Positions 13,346 through 24,526 of a stretch of DNA of 64,000 bases are shown piece after piece. Below the pieces are notes generated by a model. That model saw nothing but the letters and a program-made list of their open reading frames with translations, was not told the DNA's origin and did no database searches. The stretch covers positions 12,918,184-12,982,183 of the forward strand of contig MU058844.1 of NCBI GenBank assembly GCA_013265495.1, given 5' to 3'. The position numbers and the translations under genes are program-made. Position 1 is the stretch's first letter, and each line of letters opens with the position of its first letter. The stretch comes from Vicugna vicugna. Taxonomy: Eukaryota.

Positions 13346-13478
13346 TTTTGCCATCTATTTTAAATATAACTTGTGCTTTCCAATCGTATCTCATATTCAG
13401 TTGTTGATTTGATTAATATGAAGGAGAATTTGTGATATATTCTGTAAAAGTTTTTGCATGTATCATTTTGTTTTTTAG

Positions 13479-13560
13479 GGCTGCTCTTGAAGAAAATCCT
13501 TATTTCCGTTTGAAGAAAGTAGTGAAATGGTATTTGTCTGGATTCTATAAAAAGCCAAAG
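13479..13560 (+). CDS. OSBPL8: OSBPL8 coding exon 7/18, ORD
   Basis: ttttag| and aag|gtaatg; 82 nt, AALEENPYFRLKKVVKWYLSGFYKKPK. Confidence 0.95.
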
Positions 13561-13855
13561 GTAATGTTTATGTTTTCCTTTACTATAGCCTTATATGCAC
13601 TTTATTTTTTAGGATACCTTTAAATTATTTACTAATAATTGCACTGCAGGGCCTCTTTGAGTTAGCAAATTGTAAAATGCTTGATTATTTAGACTTGTAT
13701 TATGACTGAAGTCATTTAATTTTATTTTATTTCACTCCTGTGAAATTGTATAAAGATAGTTCCCAGATGATACAGTTAAACCCATCTTAACTGGTTTAAA
13801 TTAGTACTTTGAATCATTCATATTTATAATCTGAAACTTGTATATTTTTTACTAG

Positions 13856-13954
13856 GGACTGAAGAAACCTTATAATCCTATACTTGGTGAGACGTTCCGT
13901 TGTTTGTGGTTTCATCCCAGAACAAACAGCAAAACTTTTTATATTGCTGAACAG
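13856..13954 (+). CDS. OSBPL8: OSBPL8 coding exon 8/18, ORD (KPYNPILGE motif)
   Basis: tactag| and cag|gtatta; 99 nt, GLKKPYNPILGETFRCLWFHPRTNSKTFYIAEQ. Confidence 0.96.
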
Positions 13955-14809
13955 GTATTAGAAATGTATTTTACAGAAACAAAACTGATTTGGAAGTTAT
14001 TGGTATATTTTTATAGAAAATATTAACTCAGTGAATTCACTGGTGATTAACCTTTCTCATTAGTGAGCATTTGGTAAGCATTTAACCTGTTAGTATTGAC
14101 TACAGCTAAACACCGTACTCTACTTAAGTATTACTGTTACAGTCATGGAATCCTGTGATCAGAGTAAACCTTTAGTTTTCTTTCTCTGCCTCACTTTTTT
14201 GGGGAGGACCAAGTACTTTAGTGGTTCCCCAGTTCGTGAATCAAATTTATACCCATTTGCCTGACATTCAGGGTCCCCATATCTTTCTAAATTTATCTCA
14301 AATTACATGCCTTTCTAAGCCCTCCAGTTAGTCATATCTGTGCATTCACAATTAAATAACCTGATACTGCACTTTTTTGCCTCACTATTTTTAAATTTAA
14401 TTCTTCCATCCCAATATTTCTTCCCAGCTATTCTTCATCTAAACAAACCCTGACCTACTTATCTTCCTTATACAGAGTATAAGGAGGATGAGGAGACCGT
14501 CCTCTTTTGAGGAGACCAACCTTATTTGAAAAACCTTCCTCTTTCTAAGAGATTTTGATATTCCTCTCAGATTGAAGCCACTTATCTATGTTAATTTTTT
14601 AATAATTAGTGATTATACTATCTTGCATTTTAGTTGACTGTAATTCTTCACTACGTTGAGAAGCTCGAGAAATGTTTATTTTAGCTTTGTCTCATTTCAA
14701 AAAACATAAGATGTAGACATATCGAAATATTAGATTATTAAAATAACTTTTGTTAAAGCTTCTGTTAGTTTTCTACAGTTTATTCAGTCATCTAATGAAG
14801 AATAGCCAC

Positions 14810-15293
14810 TGTAATAGTTACCCATTGCTGTATAATAGACTCAAAACTTAATGGCTTAAGACAACAAACATTTATTTATTATCTCATACAGTGAGGTTCA
14901 GGAATATGAGCCATTTAGCTGGGTGGTTCTAGCTCAGGATCTCTCATGAGGTTGAGGTCAAGATGTCAGCCAGCTTTGCAGTCCTCTGAAGGCTTACCTT
15001 GTCTGGAGGATTCTGCTTCCAAGTTCATCACATGGCTTTTGACAAGAAGATTCAGTTCCTTACCACATAAGTCTCTCCATAGAGTTGTTCACAACATGGA
15101 AGCTGGCTTCTCAGAGCTAATGATCTGAGAGAGAGAGAGAAAGAGAGACACCAAAGTAGATGCTGCATTATAATCGAATTTCAGAAGTGACATACTATTA
15201 CTTCCACACAAACTTTGGTACAGTGTAAGCTTACCTAATGGTGTGAATACCAGGAGGTGGGTTTCCTTGGGATCTTGGAGATTGGTTAATACA
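14810..15293 (-). mobile_element. MaLR MLT1 solo LTR
   Basis: tgtaatagttacccattgctgtataa...cttaatggcttaagacaacaaacatttatt...ttagctgggtggttctagctcagg; TG...CA ends. Confidence 0.8.
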
Positions 15294-15435
15294 ATTATCA
15301 ATATTTAATTTTACTACTTACTAAATGTTTCTTCTAATTCATTATTAGAATATACTTTTAAGGCTTGAACTTTTGGTAATAGCAGAATAGTATGCTTATA
15401 TTATTGTATTTTATGTTTTTTCCTGCGTTCAATAG

Positions 15436-15532
15436 GTGTCCCATCATCCACCAATATCTGCCTTTTATGTTAGTAACCGAAAAGATGGATTTTGCCTTAG
15501 TGGTAGTATCCTGGCTAAGTCCAAGTTCTATG
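15436..15532 (+). CDS. OSBPL8: OSBPL8 coding exon 9/18, ORD signature (EQ|VSHHPP)
   Basis: caatag| and atg|gtgagt; 97 nt, VSHHPPISAFYVSNRKDGFCLSGSILAKSKFY(G); completes the OSBP fingerprint EQVSHHPP. Confidence 0.97.
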
Positions 15533-16202
15533 GTGAGTTTACCCTTGTCTTAATCTGTACCCTTTTTTGGGAGATAGTGTTTTCTGGTGAGCTTTTATAT
15601 AGACAATGTCTTGGGATGTTTTCAGTAGGGACTTTATATGTCATTTTAAGTATCATCTTTAGTTGGATAATGACCTTTTTTTTTTCTTTGCCCATTCATA
15701 AATAGAGGTATAACTCATTTTATGTAAGTATTCATCACATATGTATAAATTCGCCACAAATACCACTTATCAAAAGACAGAATAATGATTGCCCACTATA
15801 GCTAGCCATTTTAGTGCATAATGTATTGCTTAGCTCTACTAAGGTTTTTTGTTCCATCTCAGTGTACCTGAGGGGTTGATCTTTTTATTTAGTCCTTGAA
15901 TAGACAGAGAAAGAATACAAATATATTTAGAATCCATAGTCCAGGGATAATCAGTTTAAGATTTTTCTTAAGAGCTTCATGTAAAGTAACACAATAAACA
16001 CATAATAAGTACCTTATAAAGTACTCATTTTGTAAGAATAGGAATATGGATCAAACCTGTTTTGGACGTAAGATAAATATATATTTGGATACATTGAGAC
16101 TTTTTAAGACAGTCCACTGTAGGTATCTGGTAGGTGTCTTAAATATATTGTTTTGAATTGGTTGAATTACTTTTGTGAAATTTAATAAACTATTTATTTC
16201 AG

Positions 16203-16301
16203 GAAACTCATTATCTGCAATATTAGAAGGAGAAGCACGGTTAACTTTCTTGAACAGAGGTGAAGATTATGTAATGACAATGCCATATGCTCATTGCAAA
16301 G
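16203..16301 (+). CDS. OSBPL8: OSBPL8 coding exon 10/18, ORD
   Basis: tttcag| and aag|gtaaat; 99 nt, NSLSAILEGEARLTFLNRGEDYVMTMPYAHCK(G). Confidence 0.95.
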
Positions 16302-16340
16302 GTAAATATTTTCCATACTTGAGTTTGGTTTTTCTTAAAC

Positions 16341-16636
16341 TTTTTTTTTTTTAATTTATTTTTTTAAATTGAGGTATAGTCAGTTTACAATGTTGTGTCA
16401 ATTTCTGGTGTACAGCATAATGTTTCAGTCATACATGTACATACATATATTCATTTTCATATTCTTTTTCATTATAGGTTACTATAAGATATTGAATGTA
16501 GTTCACTGTGCTATATTGTAGAAACTTGTTGTTTCTCTATTTTATATATGTTAGTTAGTATCTGCAAATCTCGAACTCCCAATTTATCCCTTCCCACTCC
16601 TTTTCCCCCCTGGTAACCATAAGTTTGTTTTCTATC
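16341..16636 (-). mobile_element. Young lineage-specific L1 3' end (cetartiodactyl/camelid type), antisense
   Basis: Poly-T, then attgaggtatagtcagtttacaatgttgtgtcaatttctggtgtacagc...ggtaaccataagtttgttttcta. Confidence 0.85.
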
Positions 16637-17084
16637 CTTAAGCCTTCCTTTAAAGCAAATGTATATGGTTGTAATTTGTTATGTTTTGAGATTGATGCAG
16701 TCAGACCTTTCAAAGTGTCCTTGGTTTACAGATACTTAAGATTACTGTTATCATCCGCTCATTATTTCTATGGTGAATTAATTCACCCACAATGGACTTT
16801 TTGTGACACACACTTTAGTTGGAAGAGGCTGATTTATAATAATGGAATTTCATTTGCCTTGTCTGCAAGTTTTAAAATTGGATAAAACTGCCCATTATTT
16901 CAGAATCCTTAAAAGTGATACTCATCTTCTTGTACCACAACCTCTTTTTAAAATTTTAATTTATTGTTTTCCAGTGTACCAAGTTCTTTAAATTTTTTCC
17001 TAATCCTTATTTTTCAGTTTCTTAAAAATTAATGTATTATACTTTTCCACCACTATTCAGTATAATGCAGATAACAATATTAAA

Positions 17085-17255
17085 TAATAACTATCATTTA
17101 CAACAAGCTAGGCACCCAACTATTCTGTGCACTTTACATTTGTAAACTCATTTAATCATTCTGGCAGCCCTATAAAGTAGGCAATATTATTCCTGTTTTA
17201 TGGACAAGGAAAATGAGGCACAAAGAGGTTAATTTGCCTACAGTCATGCAGCTCT
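17085..17255 (-). mobile_element. MIR
   Basis: ctcatttaatc...tattattcctgtttta...aaatgaggcacaaagaggttaatttgcc. Confidence 0.75.
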
Positions 17256-17959
17256 GCCATCTGCACTGCAATGCTATAGGGCATCAGCTTAAACACTCAG
17301 CTTGGCCATTATCTGTACCCTCCTTTCCAATCTATTTCTTACAAATAATTTTTTAGGGTAATTATCCTCTATTTTAGGAACTGATTCATGAAAACATAGA
17401 AATTATTTAATATGGCCTCATTTCACAGATGAAAAACTAGGAGAGTTAAGATCTAAAGCCAAACCAGCTAGTTAGTTAGTAAGATTGCTGAGACTAAACT
17501 CTAGGCTTGTTGACTCCCATCCACTGAACCGTGAACCTACCTGATACTAAGTATGAGAGTGCCAACTTGTGGTCTCAGGCTAGATAATTCTTAGAGCTTC
17601 ATGTGTGGTTCTTGAAATAGGCATGAAGTAAAATATCTGAAATCATGAATTGATAAGAAATATATTTTTAGGTTTTATATAATTTGGAATAAATAAAAAT
17701 GATATTTTACACAGATGGATACCTAATGCCATACCCAAATAGCAACAGGGAATAATTTTTTTATAGCAATGTTTGTATTGCATGAAAAAAAGAAGGGCTA
17801 TATAACCCCTTGTGAATAAGCACAGGAAATGATTATTTTCTACCTTTGTGTATTTTCTAAAATATGTTCCCCAAATCACCAGTCTCAAATTGTTTTATAA
17901 AATAAGAACTCTATAGCCAAATAAGTATGAGAAACATTGCACAGTCTGTTCCCCTCTTG

Positions 17960-18330
17960 AAAAGAAAAATACCATATGATATCATTTAATATGTGGAATC
18001 TTAAAAAAAAAAGACAAATAAATTTATTTACAAAACAGAAACAGAGTCACAGACATAGAAAACAAACTTACGGTTACCAGAGGGTAAAGGGGGTGGGAAG
18101 GTATAAATTGGGAGTTCAAGATTTGCAGATACTAACTAGTATATATAAAATAGATAAACAAGTTTATACTGTATAGCACAGGCACCTATATTCAGTATCT
18201 TGTAGTAACCACTAATGAAAAAGAATACGAAAAGGAATATATATGTAAATGTATGCTTGAAACATTATGCTGTACACCAGAAATTGACACATTTTAAACC
18301 GAATAGACTTCAATTTAAGGAAAAAAAAAC
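17960..18330 (+). mobile_element. Young lineage-specific L1 3' end, sense; same subfamily as 16341-16636
   Basis: aaataccatatgatatca...catagaaaacaaacttacggttacc...gctgtacaccagaaattgacac, then A-rich tail. Confidence 0.85.
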
Positions 18331-18339
18331 AACACAAGA

Positions 18340-18754
18340 AACATTGAGCTGATAGCCAACAGCACTGTTAACTCATGCCTGAACTAAACTTTAACACATG
18401 TATTTTCTCCGTAAGGTATATCACAGCCTTCTGTGCTTAGGAACACCAGACAGCACTTTAGCACTACATTTAGGGGGCACTGTAAATAGTAAAATCACCA
18501 ACAAAAAGCACAAATATGTGAAAAATGTGACACTAAATACACTGCAAAAAAGACATTTGTTTACTGCAGAGTCTCACCTTGTTTGATTTCAGCTGGCAGT
18601 GTGCATATTGAACAACTCAAATATTTCACCACTCTGTGCATGTCCATGAATGACTGCAAAAATGCTGTAGGTATTGATTTGGGGATTACTTAATACATTT
18701 TAGTGAGAATATAAATTTACAAATATGGAATCTGCAAATAATGTGTATCAACTG
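18340..18754 (+). mobile_element. TcMar-Tigger DNA transposon relic (MER82-like), 3' part
   Basis: gccaacagcactgttaactcatgcctgaa...aaatatggaatctgcaaataatgtgtatcaactg resembles the recalled MER82 end. Confidence 0.65.
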
Positions 18755-18930
18755 TTACCCATTTAAATCCTACAGAACCAACTTTATGTGTATGTTACAG
18801 ATTGTTACTGGGTGACACAGAATCCTCTTGAATTATTAGTTTCTCCTACAAGGAGATTAGATTATAAAGTTCTACTTGTTATTAGCCAATGTCTCTCTTC
18901 AAGCTCTTGTCCAAATTTTTTTTTCTTTAG

Positions 18931-19028
18931 GAATTCTTTATGGCACAATGACACTGGAGCTTGGTGGAACAGTCAATATTACATGTCAAAAAACTGGATA
19001 CAGTGCAATACTTGAATTCAAACTAAAG
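18931..19028 (+). CDS. OSBPL8: OSBPL8 coding exon 11/18, ORD
   Basis: ctttag| and aag|gttagt; 98 nt, ILYGTMTLELGGTVNITCQKTGYSAILEFKLK. Confidence 0.95.
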
Positions 19029-19344
19029 GTTAGTAGAGAATGATAGGTTATCACCTAAATAAAGAGAAGCTGTGCTACAAATATTGAACAAAGACCACAG
19101 TTTAGTTCCTAATTAAAAACCACTTATAAGAATATAGAATTCGTGAAGGGGCAGCCTTGGAAGATCCAAATCAACAGAAAGCCATTATTTTTTGTTTTTA
19201 ATTTTAATTAATAAAACTGTTGGTATTATATAGGAGATTATATAGGAGATGAGATTTAAGAAGTGAATGAATGGAAATTTCTTAGAAAATTGAAGCATTG
19301 CTTTAGAGAATACCAAAAAGATGTATCAGCATAAGCTACAGCTG

Positions 19345-19985
19345 TATACACTAAGTCAAGAGTTATATTACTTACTGTTTCTGCCTAGCAATTCACTCTA
19401 CAACTCACAAGCATAGAAACAACTATGTTCTGATCCTCAGGGGTTCTACAGGTTGGGAGTTTGGACAGGGCATATTGGGGATGACTTATCTCTGCTACAT
19501 AATGTCTGGGGCCACAGTTAGGAAGACTTGCAGGCCACGAGAAACTCAACAGTTGGGGCCTGGTGTCATCTGAAGGCTTACCATGTCTGATGACATGTAA
19601 GTCATGTGGGGATGACTAAAAGACTAGGACTGCAGATCTGAGCACCTGTATGCATGACTTTTCCACGTGACTTGTTTTCTTCATATCATGGAAGCCTTAA
19701 GGTAGTCAGACTTCTTGGCAGCTCAGGGTTCCAAGTGCACGTGTTCTTGTGAGCAAGGCAGAAACTGCATTGCTGTACAGACCTAGCCTCAGAAGTCAAA
19801 TTGTATCACTTCCACGGTCCTCTACTAGTTGAAGAGTTATAAACATACCTAAATTCGAGAGGAAGGGATGTAGACCCCACTTCTCAATAAGAGGATGACA
19901 AGATCTCATTGAGGAAGAGCATGTGGGCTGAAGGAGGGAGGGTAGATATTACTGAGGCCATCTTTGGAAAATTCCATCTGCCTCG
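19345..19985 (-). mobile_element. Old MaLR MLT1 LTR
   Basis: ggttgggagtttggacagggc...gtcatctgaaggctt...gacctagcctcagaagtca...ggccatctttggaaa. Confidence 0.7.
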
Positions 19986-20753
19986 GTGTAAAAGAGAAGT
20001 ATAAGACATTTTCACAGTATCTTTTGTTGGTGTTGGACAGTACATTGTTTAGATAAAAATGTTTCTGTGAATCATTTAATATTTACAACTAAATTGTTCC
20101 TATATTGATATCTCTAATAAAAAGGATCTCAAGTATTATTTGATGCAATCCCCTTTGATTTTTTTTTCTTCGTAGCAAATTTTTCACTTGTATGGTGATA
20201 ATGATATTTGAAAATCATGACTGAAGAGGCTTTAAGTAATTTATGACACCTTTAAGGATTAGATTAGAGCATCAAAATTTTGTCAGTGAGGAGAGACATC
20301 AGTAAGGCAATATAATAATATATTCCTTATAATTTAATTTTTGGAAGTTTTTAAACTTTTGGTTGGGTATTGTTTTAAAGAAGGAGTTACTATTTCTTTC
20401 AATAGATGAGGTAAGTATCTTATGTTTACTGACTTCTTATTGCTTAAAATATTGCAACATTGATAGAGTCAGGAGAGAGCACAGGATACAAGTCAGTTAC
20501 TTCAGTGTGATCTTTCTTAATATGTTTATTTGGACTTCACATAGTCTGTTTTTACCTACATTTTCCATAGCAACAAATTTAAATTTATTTCTATTGAACA
20601 TTGCTGACTAAATTTTGAGTCAGTATTTCATCATTTGTGCCTTCAACAGCACTGTAACTATACAGTTACTTTTTTTTGGTTGTTTTTTGTCTGCATTGTA
20701 TGTAAGTATAAGTTAAAAGTAAAATATTTTTTCAACATTTTTTCTTTTAAAAG

Positions 20754-20843
20754 CCATTTTTAGGTAGTAGTGACTGTGTTAATCAAATATCAGGGAAACT
20801 AAAACTAGGAAAAGAAGTCTTAGCTACTCTGGAAGGACATTGG
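20754..20843 (+). CDS. OSBPL8: OSBPL8 coding exon 12/18, ORD
   Basis: taaaag| and tgg|gtaagt; 90 nt, PFLGSSDCVNQISGKLKLGKEVLATLEGHW. Confidence 0.95.
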
Positions 20844-21064
20844 GTAAGTATTTTTATATTATAGCTTTACAAAAACAATTTTATTCTGTGGGAAAAAGTT
20901 AAGAATTACAGTTTATTGTAAGTTCACTTGTTTCATTGCTAAAAACATCACTATTCAATATAAACTAACTTAATAAATACTTTGGTATTAATCTGCCATC
21001 AGCAGTATTTAGTGTTATATATTTTATCTTTCCAAAACTTTAAATCAATAAACATAGCTAACAT

Positions 21065-21288
21065 ATATCACTTACCAGGTATTACATTGTTTAAAAATGT
21101 TATTTATATTAACTCATTTAATATTTAATATAATAACCCAATGAGGTGGGTATTATTAGTGTTCCCATTTTACAGAGGAGGACACTGAGGCACAGAGAGT
21201 TTAAATAAGTTGATCAAAATTGTGGAATAAGAATTCCAGCCAGGCACTCTGGCTCCAGAGCTGTGCTTTTACACACAGCAGTATACGG
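21065..21288 (-). mobile_element. MIR
   Basis: aactcatttaat...tgaggtgggtattatt...cccattttacagaggaggacactgaggcacagagag. Confidence 0.8.
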
Positions 21289-22080
21289 CCTCTCATCAGA
21301 TGAAAGAGGCATTTCCATTTGAAATTATATTTCCCTTTGAGGAACATGGAAAGGATATAGCAGTTTTTGAGAGCAATGGCTTTTATTTATTTTTCTGCTG
21401 ACCTAAATTCACATTTATGTAATTTTATTAAGAGGTGCTTAAATTAATAAAAAGGATCATATCATGCTACTACCAAATGCACTCTCACCGTAAACACTGC
21501 TATATGCTATTTTCTGCATTATAATCAGATGATGAAAAATATGAGAAAATGAAAATGGATCCAGAGATTCATCTAAGAGGCCACATATACTCCATTAATT
21601 TTTAAGATTTACTTCTATCTGAATATCATTTGGAAAAAAGATAAAAACTGTCTTTTTTATAATGAAATTTATAACACTGCTCAAATTTTTAATGCTAAGA
21701 AAGGCTCTTTGGCTTTTCTACATGTACAGAATACATAGTCTGCAGCATCTCATTATAGCTAAAGCAAACACTATGCTCTACTTTGACAATTCGGAGATGG
21801 TTGTTGAGGCTTTGCATGTAATTGTCTAAAATTTGTTTATTGAGTGAAACTTTGAAATCTTACAAACTTTCTGTGTATTCAACCAATTTTTTAAAATGAC
21901 AAGTATTATATATTTAATCTTACTGTTTTTATAAGGATGATGAGATTTGAGGCTGTTAGAAAACGTATTTCATTGTGGGATTAAGTATCAGAAGAAATTA
22001 TTATCTTATTACTAAACTATATAATTCCCTTTTAAATAAAGATAATTCTTTACATTAATTTTTAATTTCTTTAAATATAG

Positions 22081-22217
22081 GATAGTGAAGTTTTTATTAA
22101 TGACAAAAAGACTGATAATTCAGAGGTCTTCTGGAATCCAACACCAGACATTAAGCAGTGGAGATTAATAAGGCACACTGTGAAATTTGAAGAGCAGGGA
22201 GATTTTGAATCAGAGAA
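22081..22217 (+). CDS. OSBPL8: OSBPL8 coding exon 13/18, ORD
   Basis: atatag| and gaa|gtaagt; 137 nt, DSEVFINDKKTDNSEVFWNPTPDIKQW...DFESE(K). Confidence 0.95.
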
Positions 22218-22777
22218 GTAAGTATAACAATTCAGAGTATGTTTTGCAATCCCTTAACAGTGTGGTTGCTTTTCCCTGTCTTCAGTCGTATGTTAACTCA
22301 GCAAAATAGTTTAATATTTGCAGAATGTAATTGGATTCTTTTTTGGTATGTAATATAAATCACGCTGCTTTTCTGCATTTGTAAACTAAAATGTCCTATT
22401 TTTTCCTTTCTGTTCTTATCTGCTCCAGGGCCTATTTTAAAAAAAGAAGAACAACTTCTGTTTTGTTTACATAAAGTTATGGGACTAATTAATGACTCTT
22501 AGTTTTTATCTGGCAGCTGTTTTTTAACCTGGGGTAGTCATATAGAACTCTAGGTGGGTTAGGCATGTAAAACAAAATCTACTTCTGTTTTATTTTCTAA
22601 AATACAAGAATAATGCCACTGGCTTCTAGAGGATTTATATTAGTTGGGGAATAAAGAAAGCCGTAATTTCTGTTCTTAAATCAAGAAATTCTTGCTCTAT
22701 CTCTTACATCAAAAATATTGTATCCACACTGCCCAATGGTACTCTTACACTTCTTTCTCCATGTTAGGAGAAGGGCG

Positions 22778-23175
22778 CTGCTTCGTGAGAGACACTATAT
22801 TAGGTACTTTATACACATTATGCAGTTCAGTCCTTACTACATGTTTCCACATGCGTATCATTCTCTTCTCAGGAGGATTCAAGTCTGTGTACACTTTCCT
22901 TCTATACTCAAAATTGAGGTTGTCAAAGATAGGAGAATGAGTATGCAGCAGTTCTAAAAATTCTGTTTCAGCTGTAACCACATGATGCTCTCCATCCAAA
23001 GTGAAACTATGCCAAAGCATGCAGCATTTTTGAGACATGTATATAAGTTTAAGTATTTTAAAGATGAGGATGAGTCTTAGACAAGATAAGTACCTTTAAG
23101 TTCACCAGCCAAGATGTGGCACATCTAGGATTAAATCCAAGTCTATCTGGTTCCATAGCTTTTGTTCTTTCAGTC
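22778..23175 (-). mobile_element. MIR split by a 190-bp insertion (22845-23034)
   Basis: Left part gacactatattaggtactttatacacattat...ccttactac and right part atataag...ttttaaagatgagga...ggattaaatccaagtctatctggttcca are collinear with the MIR consensus. Confidence 0.7.
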
Positions 23176-23288
23176 CCAACAAGCTGTCCCAAATGGGTAG
23201 ATAATAGATATATTTTTATTTATCTAATAAAAAAACTAAACTTTAGTGGGGGAAAGTATTTTACCTCGATGGTCTTTTCTGTTAAATT

Positions 23289-23512
23289 AGTGGTTCTTAA
23301 CACTAGATGCAAATAAAGATCACCTAGGAAACACTGAAAAAAAATGCTTGGGCCCACTTCCAGAGAGTCTGATTTTTAAAATTCCCTGACAAATCCTGCA
23401 TTCAAGGTTGAGAAACATGGCATTACACTTTTGGATCTTTGAGGCCAGTGGATCTTAAACAGTGTGTAAAGAATCATCTGGGGAGCTTGTTAAAAATTAG
23501 ATTCTTGAACCT
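23289..23512. mobile_element. MER5-type hAT-Charlie fragments (two)
   Basis: tagtggttcttaac...tcacctagg...aaggttgagaaac, and cagtggatcttaaac...gaatcatctggggagcttgttaaaaa. Confidence 0.6.
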
Positions 23513-23795
23513 TCATTACATTTCTATCATTCTGAGTCAGCACCATTTGTTTCCATATATTTAAGAACCCATGTAATAAATTTTCCTTGCCAGGGAAGAA
23601 AAATGGTCTCCACTGCCTCTTTCTACTCAAGGCATCACTTTTTATATCTTGGCTTATTTCTAAGCATCTAAGCATAAACCTGATCAAAGCCAAAAACCCA
23701 CACAGGTATTATTTTCTCTCAATAGGATTCAAGCCTATTCTATGTAGATTTGATTTTCTGTTGCTTTTTTAATATTATTTTTGCACATGTTTCAG

Positions 23796-23981
23796 ACTCT
23801 GGCAGCGGGTGACAAGAGCCATAAATGCCAAAGACCAAACAGAAGCTACTCAAGAAAAGTATGTTTTAGAAGAAGCTCAAAGACAAGCTGCCAAAGATCG
23901 GAAAACAAAAAATGAAGAGTGGACATGCAAGTTATTTGAACTTGACCCACTCACAGGAGAATGGCATTACAAGTTTGCAGA
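23796..23981 (+). CDS. OSBPL8: OSBPL8 coding exon 14/18, ORD C-terminal helices
   Basis: tttcag| and aga|gtaagt; 186 nt, LWQRVTRAINAKDQTEATQEKYVLEEAQR...WHYKFA(D). Confidence 0.95.
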
Positions 23982-24332
23982 GTAAGTAATTTTAAAATTA
24001 TATTACAAACAATATATCATATAGTTTTTTGCCTTCATTTCTAGATTTTTTAATGTTAGGATAAATAATTTTTTTATTAAGCCATATATATATTAGTGTG
24101 AGATTTTACACTTGACTCCATCATAGTAGTTTAAATAGTTTTAAATTTGTCTCCATAGTAGTTAGCCTATAAAATAAGCTGAGGATCAGAAGATTAGATA
24201 TGACAAATCTTAATCTTATAGCTAGATTTATAATTACCGATGAAAATCTAATCATGGAATAGAAAGTTTATTTTAAAGTTTTTGAGTGTTTTGCTTAGTC
24301 ATTAAACAAATGGTGTTTTTTCATTTATGTAG

Positions 24333-24420
24333 TACTCGACCATGGGACCCACTTAATGATATGATACAGTTTGAAAAAGATGGTGTTATCCAGACCAAAG
24401 TGAAACATCGCACTCCAATG
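24333..24420 (+). CDS. OSBPL8: OSBPL8 coding exon 15/18
   Basis: atgtag| and atg|gtatgt; 88 nt, TRPWDPLNDMIQFEKDGVIQTKVKHRTPM. Confidence 0.95.
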
Positions 24421-24526
24421 GTATGTAATAAAAAATGTAATTAGATTTGCTAGGCATATAAATTTTTTAACTCCTTAGTATCTTTGGCCACAAACATATA
24501 AAATTTGGCTTCACAATTTTAAAAGT

